NCBI GenBank assembly: GCA_965649765.1
Contig: OZ287749.1
Span: 12,710,001-12,774,000 of the forward strand
Direction of reading: 5' to 3'
DNA: 64,000 nt
Origin: Bispira polyomma
Taxonomy: Eukaryota
Shown here: positions 26,929-37,800 of the stretch, one piece after another
Position numbering within the stretch: position 1 is the stretch's first letter
Layout: the number at the start of each line of letters is the position of its first letter
Translations under genes and position numbers: made by a program
Notes under the pieces: model-generated
Seen by the model: the letters and a program-made list of their open reading frames with translations, nothing else
Databases searched by the model: none
What the model was told of the DNA's origin: nothing

Positions 26929-27025
26929 TACCACTAATCTCCAGCCTCTGATGAGAAAGTCAAAATCACTTTCGAAATACAAGTTGTATTAATAAAATAT
27001 AACAGTATCAGGCCAACACATGGTA
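26929..27025 (+). ncRNA. Type I hammerhead ribozyme (Penelope-associated)
   Basis: Stem I gcct(26944)/aggc(27010), core CTGATGA (26948-26954), stem II gaaagt-caaaatc-actttc, GAAA (26974-26977), stem III tac/gta extended by gttgtatt/aatataac, cleavage triplet ATC (C27009); distal stem I tacca(26929)/tggta(27021). Confidence 0.85.
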
Positions 27026-27074
27026 TACAGAGAGAACTATCTTACCTGTGACTATCTACACTTCACTTATTTTC

Positions 27075-27702
27075 TGTTATTTCACAATGAGTGTGGCCTC
27101 AGAAAGTGTAAGTCACAGTACCCTGTTAACAGCCGTCTCCAAGATGGAACTACAGTCTGGAATCAAGGACATTAGAGCTTCTGATACACCAATGCCTAAA
27201 GACAAATTGTCTGATGAAACTCTGGATCTCCTGATGGCAGCCAGCAACAAACTGACCAGCCAGTTCACTGCACAAGACTTGGCAAGTGTACCTATTGCCC
27301 TCTGATCAAAAATAAGACAGAAGTAATAGAAAAATATCCAATGAAAGGATATTTATCACTGATCTCCCCAAACATGTTACTTGTGAACTAAGTGACATAG
27401 TATACTTAATCACATGTAGCAAGTGTGATAAGTACTTTGTTGGAGAAACAGGACACCCATTTAGGGCTAAGATTTATGAAGACAGACTATCTGTCTCTAA
27501 ACCAAAGGATAACAGAATCACCCCTGTATCTAGACATTTTACTAGTAAGGGACATTCTGTAAATAATATGCAATTCTCTATATTGGAATGGTGCTCCCTA
27601 AAATATAACACTGCCAAATCTGATCATATAAAAATGATAGAGAAATGGTGGATGTGGAAAATTGAGGCTATCCATCCAGTCGGAATTAACCAATTTATTT
27701 AA
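27075..27702 (+). mobile_element. Penelope-like element remnant: Zn-knuckle linker + GIY-YIG endonuclease, RT deleted
   Basis: CTRLGKCTYCPLI at ~27269-27307; frame from 27361: HVTCELSDIVYLITCSKCDKYFVGETGHPFRAKIYEDRLSV...PVSRHF...GHS...FSILE...EKWWMWKIEAIHPVGIN* (missing from the ORF track). Confidence 0.85.
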
Positions 27703-29568
27703 CTGGAGAGCCCATTTTGTCATTCTTTCACACTCAGAATGCACCCATGTATTATTATTATTTACAGAAAAGTAGTTAGAATGAGATTTATGTTTTTTTG
27801 CATATACTACCAGTGTGATGCACACTAAAGGACCTTGTAAAATGGTAGAACACCATGGCATTAAAAGTTTTGTTCATATTAAGAGTTATATTTAGAAGAC
27901 ACTTAAAAGGTTTACTTTGGAGACATTTAATATTTTCTAGGTTACATGATGCCAAATTTAGTACTATCAAAAACAGTTTTGAAAAAATAATAGTACCAGT
28001 GCATATTAAAAGCAATGTTATTATACAATGGATGTCTATTCCACTTAGTGTGTTAAATTGAACCAATTATCTCATGGTAAAATTTTAAGGATTTGAAGGA
28101 ATGTAACCTTCCTCAATCAAATATATTATTCAGATCTCCATGTGTCCGTGAACCATGAATTACCAAATTTAACCAATTATCTCATGGTAACAATTTAAGG
28201 ATTACAAGGAATGTAACCTTCCTCAATTAAATATATTATTCAGATCTGCATGAATACCATCTGTGTCCGTGAACCATGAATTGCCAAATATATCTGTCCA
28301 TCACAAATAACATGCTTACACTTTTTACAGAATTATATAATTTTATTATATTAAATATTATATTACACAACATTAACATATAATATAAACTTATATTTCA
28401 CAGTATTACATTAGTAAATCATATGCATAAATAACGTTTGACATTATTGAGGCTTTAATTAGGTTTACGGAATAGTTTTAGTGTGACAATTGTAAACCAG
28501 ACAACATTGTAAGTCTCTATATACACCTTGGCCAATCTCAGTTCATCATCTAATTTTAACATGTAAACATTAACTATATTAAAATGTAGAATTTAAAATA
28601 TTTTCACATAAGAAGTTACCATAAAATATGTGGTTACAACTCATGTACGGCCACTACAACCATAAGACTTAATACTACAACCCTAAAAATTACAGAAATT
28701 TACTTTACATTTTAACACTTTCACCGATAGTCTCTATCAACATGCTTCTCACACATATCATATACTTTCCCATCTGTTCATACAGCACCTTACAACATCT
28801 CAATACACTAATACACATCAATCCCCTAGGCATATCTGACACTCAGAGTTTATAATAGTCCAGCAAACCTGGCATGGACGAGATTGGAAACCGGGACCTA
28901 ACGGCTCCTATCGCCGTGCTGAGGGGTCCAGCCTTTCAACCTTTGTTCAGGGAAAGGTTTAAGTCCGACAAGACATACCCTCCACACGATTTTGTGTTCG
29001 AATCCTCACATGCCAGATAGAAAACCATAAAAGCATCAGAGAATCTCTGTCAAATTCTGATACTTTAAAAACATATGATAATTCCTGCATAAATGGCACA
29101 TAGCCAAACTTACAATTTGTCTGTCAAAACAACATAAATATATCATAAATTCAAGAAAACCCTTGCATTTTTTTAAAGCTAATAAAATGTTGTGATAAAA
29201 GGGAGGTGGTGGGATACACTAAATAGTTTACTTTAAAAGTTGACGGTAAAACTAAATAAAAAAACAGGTGTGTGATCCTCTGCTATTGTAGTACAGTATC
29301 AAAAACAGGTTGACAGGCAAGGATCTAGAGACAAATCAGATGATGTTTCATGGACAGGTATGTGCGCCCTGTAAGTGCATATTAATGGAATACACTATAT
29401 ACGATATGGTAGAAATGTGAAGGCCAAGGGAAAAAATGATTTAAAAATTCCTAGTACATTTTTAAACCTAGTTTTATCTATTTAAATCAGGTTTAAAGGT
29501 GAACAATATTATGGATGATGAATAGATAGTGACACAACTAAAGAAAGAAACTAACCAATTGTTCAGCA

Positions 29569-32500
29569 ATGAGTGATTTGTGTTCAAAGCAGTCTCATGG
29601 TGGAGATGAACAGGAATATATTTTAATACAACAGACTGATACACAAAGGTTGGACACTGATGACACCACCGTGTTTATGGGAGCCAGTGGTTCTGGTGAC
29701 TACGACATAGTAAAGGCTCTTATACAGCAAGGTGTGGATGTGAACCATTGTGACACAGATGGTGATACTGCTGTTCATCGTGCAGCTCAGAAAGGCCACT
29801 TAGATATCTTAAAACTGTTACAGGAAAATGGAGCAAACATAAAAGTACTAAACAATAATGGTCTTAATACCATAATCTTAGCATCATTTGATTCAGGAGA
29901 CAGTGAAACTCTGAAGTAGTTGATAGAACAAGGTGTTGACGTAAACCAGTGTGCCACAGATGGTTGTACTGCTGTTCATTATGCAGCTCAGAAGGGTCAC
30001 AAGGATGTCTTAAAACTCTTACAGGAAAATGGAGCAAACGTAAAAGTACTAAGCAATGATGGTGATAATCCCATAATGTCAACATCACTGGGTTCAGGAG
30101 ACTGTGAAACTCTGAAGTGGTTGATAGAACAAGGTGTTGACGTAAACCAGTGTGACACAGACGGTTGTACTGCTGTTCATTATGCAGCTCAGAAGGGTCA
30201 CAAGGATGTCTTAAAACTCTTACAGGAAAATGGAGCAAACGTAAAGGTACTAAAACATAATGGTGAAAATCCCATCATGTCAGCATCATGGGATTCAGGA
30301 GACTGTGAAACTCTGAAGTGGTTGATAGAACAAGGTGTTGACGTAAACCAGTGTGACACAGACGGTTGTACTGCTGTTCATTATGCAGCTCAGAAGGGTC
30401 ACAAGGATGTCTTAAAACTCTTACAGGAAAATGGAGCAAACGTAAAGGTACTAAGCAATAATGGTGAAAATCCCATCATGTCAGCATCATGGGATTCAGG
30501 AGAGTGTGAAACTCTGAAGTGGTTGATAGAACAAGGTGTTGACGTAAACCAGTGTGACACAGACGGTTGTACTGCTGTTCATTATGCAGCTCAGAAGGGT
30601 CACAAGGATGTCTTAAAACTCTTACAGGAAAATGGAGCAAACGTAAAGGTACTAAAACATAATGGTGAAAATCCCATCATGTCAGCATCATGGGATTCAG
30701 GAGACTGTGAAACTCTGAAGTGGTTGATAGAACAAGGTGTTGACGTAAACCAGTGTAACACAGATGGTTGTACTGCTGTTCATTATGCAGCTCAGAAGGG
30801 TCACAAGGATGTCTTAAAACTCTTACAGGAAAATGGAGCAAACGTAAAGGTACTAAAACATAATGGTGAAAATCCCATCATGTCAGCATCATGGGATTCA
30901 GGAGACTGTGAAACTCTGAAGTGGTTGATAGAACAAGGTGTTGACGTAAACCAGTGTAACACAGATGGTTGTACTGCTGTTCATTATGCAGCTCAGAAGG
31001 GTCACAAGGATGTCTTAAAACTCTTACAGGAAAATGGAGCAAACGTAAAAGTACTAAGCAATGATGGTGATAATCCCATAATGTCAACATCACTGGGTTC
31101 AGGAGACTGTGAAACTCTGAAGTGGTTGATAGAACAAGGTGTTGACGTAAACCAGTGTGACACAGACGGTTGTACTGCTGTTCATTATGCAGCTCAGAAG
31201 GGTCACAAGGATGTCTTAAAACTCTTACAGGAAAATGGAGCAAACGTAAAAGTACTAAGCAATGATGGTGATAATCCCATAATGTCAACATCACTGGGTT
31301 CAGGAGACTGTGAAACTCTGAAGTGGTTGATAGAACAAGGTGTTGACGTAAACCAGTGTGACACAGACGGTTGTACTGCTGTTCATTATGCAGCTCAGAA
31401 GGGTCACAAGGATGTCTTAAAACTCTTACAGGAAAATGGAGCAAACGTAAAGGTACTAAAACATAATGGTGAAAATCCCATCATGTCAGCATCATGGGAT
31501 TCAGGAGACTGTGAAACTCTGAAGTGGTTGATAGAACAAGGTGTTGACGTAAACCAGTGTGACACAGACGGTTGTACTGCTGTTCATTATGCAGCTCAGA
31601 AGGGTCACAAGGATGTCTTAAAACTCTTACAGGAAAATGGAGCAAACGTAAAGGTACTAAGCAATAATGGTGAAAATCCCATCATGTCAGCATCATGGGA
31701 TTCAGGAGAGTGTGAAACTCTGAAGTGGTTGATAGAACAAGGTGTTGACGTAAACCAGTGTAACACAGATGGTTGTACTGCTGTTCATTATGCAGCTCAG
31801 AAGGGTCACAAGGATGTCTTAAAACTCTTACAGGAAAATGGAGCAAACGTAAAGGTACTAAGCAATAATGGTGTTAATCCCATCATGTCAGCATCATGGG
31901 ATTCAGGAGAGTGTGAAACTCTGAAGTGGTTGATAGAACAAGGTGTTGACGTAAACCAGTGTAACACAGATGGTTGTACTGCTGTTCATTATGCAGCTCA
32001 GAAGGGTCACAAGGATGTCTTAAAACTCTTACAGGAAAATGGAGCAAACGTAAAGGTACTAAAACATAATGGTGTTAATCCCATAATGTCAACATCACTG
32101 GGTTCAGGAGACTGTGAAACTCTGAAGTGGTTGATAGAACAAGGTGTTGACGTAAACCAGTGTAACACAGATGGTTGTACTGCTGTTCATTATGCAGCTC
32201 AGAAGGGTCACAAGGATGTCTTAAAACTCTTACAGGAAAATGGAGCAAACGTAAAAGTACTAAGCAATGATGGTGATAATCCCATAATGTCAACATCACT
32301 GGGTTCAGGAGACTGTGAAACTCTGAAGTGGTTGATAGAACAAGGTGTTGACGTAAACCAGTGTGACACAGACGGTTGTACTGCTGTTCATTATGCAGCT
32401 CAGAAGGGTCACAAGGATGTCTTAAAACTCTTACAGGAAAATGGAGCAAACGTAAAGGTACTAAAACATAATGGTGAAAATCCCATCATGTCAGCATCAT

Positions 32501-34886
32501 GGGATTCAGGAGACTGTGAAACTCTGAAGTGGTTGATAGAACAAGGTGTTGACGTAAACCAGTGTGACACAGACGGTTGTACTGCTGTTCATTATGCAGC
32601 TCAGAAGGGTCACAAGGATGTCTTAAAACTCTTACAGGAAAATGGAGCAAACGTAAAGGTACTAAGCAATAATGGTGAAAATCCCATCATGTCAGCATCA
32701 TGGGATTCAGGAGAGTGTGAAACTCTGAAGTGGTTGATAGAACAAGGTGTTGACGTAAACCAGTGTAACACAGATGGTTGTACTGCTGTTCATTATGCAG
32801 CTCAGAAGGGTCACAAGGATGTCTTAAAACTCTTACAGGAAAATGGAGCAAACGTAAAGGTACTAAAACATAATGGTGTTAATCCCATAATGTCAACATC
32901 ACTGGGTTCAGGAGACTGTGAAACTCTGAAGTGGTTGATAGAACAAGGTGTTGACGTAAACCAGTGTAACACATATGGTCGTACTGCTGTTCATTATGCA
33001 GCTCAGAAGGGTCACAAGGATGTCTTAAAACTCTTACAGGAAAATGGAGCAAACGTAAAGGTACTAAGCAATAATGGTGAAAATCCCATCATGTCAGCAT
33101 CATGGGATTCAGGAGAGTGTGAAACTCTGAAGTGGTTGATAGAACAAGGTGTTGACGTAAACCAGTGTAACACAGATGGTTGTACTGCTGTTCATTATGC
33201 AGCTCAGAAGGGTCACAAGGATGTCTTAAAACTCTTACAGGAAAATGGAGCAAACGTAAAGGTACTAAAACATAATGGTGAAAATCCCATCATGTCAGCA
33301 TCATGGGATTCAGGAGACTGTGAAACTCTGAAGTGGTTGATAGAACACGGTGTTGACGTAAACCAGTGTAACACAGATGGTTGTACTGCTGTTCATTATG
33401 CAGCTCATAAGGGTCACAAGGATGTCTTAAAACTCTTACAGGAAAATGGAGCAAACGTAAAGGTACTAAGCAATAATGGTGAAAATCCCATCATGTCAGC
33501 ATCATGGTATTCAGGAGACTGTGAAACTCTGAAGTGGTTGATAGAACAAGGTGTTGACGTAAACCAGTGTAACACAGATGGTTGTACTGCTGTTCATTAT
33601 GCAGCTCATAAGGGTCACAAGGATGTCTTAAAACTCTTACAGGAAAATGGAGCAAACGTAAAGGTACTAAGCAATAATGGTGAAAATCCCATCATGTCAG
33701 CATCATGGTATTCAGGAGACTGTGAAACTCTGAAGTGGTTGATAGAACAAGGTGTTGACGTAAACCAGTGTAACACAGATGGTTGTACTGCTGTTCATTA
33801 TGCAGCTCAGAAGGGTCACAAGGATGTCTTAAAACTCTTACAGGAAAATGGAGCAAACGTAAAGGTACTAAGCAATAATGGTGAAAATCCCATCATGTCA
33901 GCATCATGGGATTCAGGAGAGTGTGAAACTCTGAAGTGGTTGATAGAACAAGGTGTTGACGTAAACCAGTGTAACACAGATGGTTGTACTGCTGTTCATT
34001 ATGCAGCTCAGAAGGGTCACAAGGATGTCTTAAAACTCTTACAGGAAAATGGAGCAAACGTAAAGGTACTAAAACATAATGGTGTTAATCCCATAATGTC
34101 AACATCACTGGGTTCAGGAGACTGTGAAACTCTGAAGTGGTTGATAGAACAAGGTGTTGACGTAAACCAGTGTAACACATATGGTCGTACTGCTGTTCAT
34201 TATGCAGCTCAGAAGGGTCACAAGGATGTCTTAAAACTCTTACAGGAAAATGGAGCAAACGTAAAGGTACTAAAACATAATGGTGTTAATCCCATAATGT
34301 CAACATCACTGGGTTCAGGAGACTGTGAAACTCTGAAGTGGTTGATAGAACAAGGTGTTGACGTAAACCAGTGTGACACAGATGGTCATACTGCTGTTCA
34401 TTATGCAGCTCAGAAGGGTCACAAGGATGTCTTAAAACTCTTACAGGAAAATGGAGCAAACGTAAAGGTACTAAGCAATGATGGTAATAATCCCATCATG
34501 TCAGCATCACTGGGTTCAGGAGACCGAGAGACTCTCAAGTGGTTGATGGAGCAAGGTGTTGATGTGAACCATTGTGATTCATATGGATGTAGCGCCATCC
34601 ATTTAGCAACATATAAAGGCAAAGTACAGGTTTTAAAAATGTTACAAAAATATGGAGCTGATCTTAATGCACAAACAATTGATAAAAACAATGCCCTAGT
34701 TTTTTCAGTTCAGGGCCACAGCAATATAGAAACTGTGAAGTGGCTCATTGAGAATGAGATAGATGTTTTAAACAGGAATGACGAAGGTTTTAGTGCATTA
34801 CACTATGCAGCTGCCTGTGGACAAGATAACCTTCTGAAGCACATTGCGTCATATGACAGGAATGTTTCAGCTGAATCTAAGTTTAA
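29569..34886 (+). CDS. Roco gene coding exon 1: giant ankyrin-repeat exon
   Basis: ORFs 29569-29919 and 29920-34890 share a frame and are separated only by TAG; DG.TAVHYAAQKGH.DVLKLL.ENGANV ankyrin consensus; donor AA|GTAAGT at 34887. Confidence 0.85.
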
Positions 34887-37800
34887 GTAAGTTTTCTGAC
34901 CGATGCAATACATTTTATTTACCTTCTCAACAAATCTTCTTTAAAAGTGACTTAATAAAAATTGATTTTGAAAGCATTTTATTTAAATTTAAATTTATTT
35001 GTGTGATTATTTGTACTATTATTTGTGAAATCAAAATATTTTTTTAAATTAATATTTTGTATAAAAATCATCACTCTATTTTATTGATTATCAAGTAATT
35101 AGTTCTCTGTTTATATTTTCTAAAATTATCAAAATTTTTATGCTATGTTTTTGAATATTTATACTTCAGCTTAACCCCTTTGATGCTTGCCTCAGTCAAC
35201 AATCACAGTGACACTGTATCTCTTCTCCTGAAATGTGGAGCAGAAATAGGCAGAAAGGATGCCCAAGGGAAAAGTGCATTGGATTTTGCAGTAGAAAATG
35301 GGTGTAAGGATATTGTAGAAATACTGCAAACCCATGAACGTAAGTTTTAAGTTAAACCACTTACGTTACATCACATTTGAAGCCTTAAACTGGTTTTATC
35401 TTTATATCTAAACTAACAAAAAGAAGGCTATATCATTGTTTTATATGTCTCTTAAACACTTGATTTAGTTAAGAACGTTATAGTACTGTTAGAATTATAG
35501 TACGTTGTGATTACATTTATGGACGTATATTATACTATAACCATAAGACAAAAGTTCTAAATATTTCTAATGTTAATTAGTCATTATACTGACTTCATGT
35601 TTACAGCTGCATTGACTTTTGTATTGTGGGAGATACACATAGTAAAATCTCAATATGGTTGGTAATTGTTCTGTTACTGTTTGCAGTTTGTTCAAATAAT
35701 AAAAATTGAAGAAGAAATTCAACCAAAGATAATGTTATCGATCAGAATGCAGATCAATGCAGTTTCAATGTTTAATAGTTGCATCCTATCATTTCAGGTA
35801 CTGATGACAGTAAGGTCAAATGGACTGAAAACCAACGCCAACAACTTGTCACACTGTGTATATTAAGAATTTTGACCATTGGTGACCAAGGCATTGGTAA
35901 AACATCATTAGTGAAGACGATAATACTTGGAAAGATTCATAGAACAGGAGCAAATGATAGAACAGTAGTGTTTGATATATGGAGCTGGATACTAAAGAAT
36001 GGAAAGGTCATACTTGCATTTGACCTTGGAGGTCACCCTGGCTATTTTTATACCAGCCATTTTCTTCACTACAACTCTTCTCAGAATGTAGCACTGTTTT
36101 GCCAGGCAGTAACCTCTGATAATTACAACATATCTTTCCAGTGGCTGCAGGCAACACTTACCAGATCTCCAAAGTGCATGGTTATCCCAGTGTTAACCAA
36201 AGCAGATGAAGTTTCACTTGGCCAAATACCACAAAGAGTGGACAAATTCACTGAGGAGATAAAAGCAAAATTGAAACATGAAATAGATGTTTTGGAAAAG
36301 GTCATTACTGATATTTGTGATGATGATGATGATGATGAGAAATTTACCAGAAGCAAGATGGAAACTTATCAATCTTTGTATGATAACTTTGAAAGAAGAT
36401 TATTTGTTACATCAATGCAAGAAGATAATCCATTCAGTGAGAACCTAATAAAATTAAGCCAGTACATAGAAGATCTCAGTGTAAAGGACATGTATCAGGT
36501 TGAAATGCCGAAAGTCTATGTGGACTTTTATTCTCAATTTGGCAAAATGGGTACAATAGCAGATGTTGCAAAGAAGGTGAAACAAAGTGCAACAGCGGAT
36601 AAGAGAAGACCAGAAATAAATCTCAATCTTAAGACAACATTAGAAGTAAAGAAAACAGAAATAGCATCCACAGGTAATCAGATCCTCATTGAAGAGGATG
36701 CAAATGCCCACAATAAAACAGATGAAACTCGAAACATGGCTTCTGATAATACATGTGTATCAAACTACTCTTCAACCAGTCAGCAAATATCTGAAATCCA
36801 GATAAAAAAGTCACCTAAATATGCAGAACCGTTTGTTTCGGATAGCATACCCATGTTAATTAAAGAAGGAAAGATTGTTTCATTCACTGATGCTGCTGAG
36901 TTATATACAAAATTATCTAAGCAATATCCAGGATCTTGTGCTGATATGAAAACTTGTTTACAGCAATTGCACAGCTATGGCATGGCTCTTTGGTTTCAAG
37001 GGAATCCACATATTGAAAAATACATTTTTTTCGACTTTGACTTTTTTAAAGGTCTCTTGAGTACTTTGTTTCACCATGAAGCACTGGACGTTCCTTTCAA
37101 CAAAATAGGGAAGATATTACGAAGGGAGCTTTTTGGCGATGAGGAAGATATCTACAAGTTGTCTATAGAAAGAGTGAGAAGGACAGGTCTGGTCAGCAAG
37201 TCTTTACTGAAGGTGTTTCTGCACAATAGGGACTTTGATGAAGAGGCAGAAACTGTTGCACAGTTGCTTCAACACTTGAATATTGCATATGACTTTGGTC
37301 ATCCAGCTGGCATGGAGTCATCATTGTTTATTCCTTGGTTTGTTGATCACAAAGACATTCCAACTGACATTAGAGACAATATTCCACACCTGGGTGTCTG
37401 TAGCCAAGATGAATTGGCTCTGACCTTTCAACTCAAAGGAAGCATTCCAAGCACTTATTGGCACCAATTTTGTGTGGAGGTTATGTGTAAACTCTATGAT
37501 GTATCAGAGACACAACAACGAATCGTGTTCAGAAATGGTTTGTGGGCAATGGTGGACAACTTGTCTCTTTTTGTACATTTGATGGAGAATTCCTTGAAGG
37601 TCAACATCAGAGGAAAGGTAGAAACTGATACAGTCCACCGAGTGTGGGAATTAGCAGATACCATTTGCAACATAATGCTCAAACTGATAAAGACCTGGTG
37701 GCCTGGGCTAATACCTAGTATAACAGTAGACTGCTCACATTGTCACCTGAGAAACCTTCGTCCATCAGATGTTGATCAAATCCATCAGTGGCTACTACGT

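Noticed and set aside
29340-29520. Upstream coding mini-exon ATGGACAG|GTATGT spliced to 29491
   Set aside because: The join reaches TGA within ~12 codons; at most a 5' UTR exon or uORF, with no evidence of a kinase exon.
29864-32449. Antisense ORFs (124-188 aa) with repeated LHFPVRVLRHPCDPSELHNEQQY
   Set aside because: Shadow frames of the 201-bp ankyrin array; no independent coding signal.
29911-34533. CRISPR-like or satellite interpretation of the regular array
   Set aside because: No unique spacers; the unit is a multiple of 3 and encodes canonical ankyrin repeats in a eukaryotic gene.
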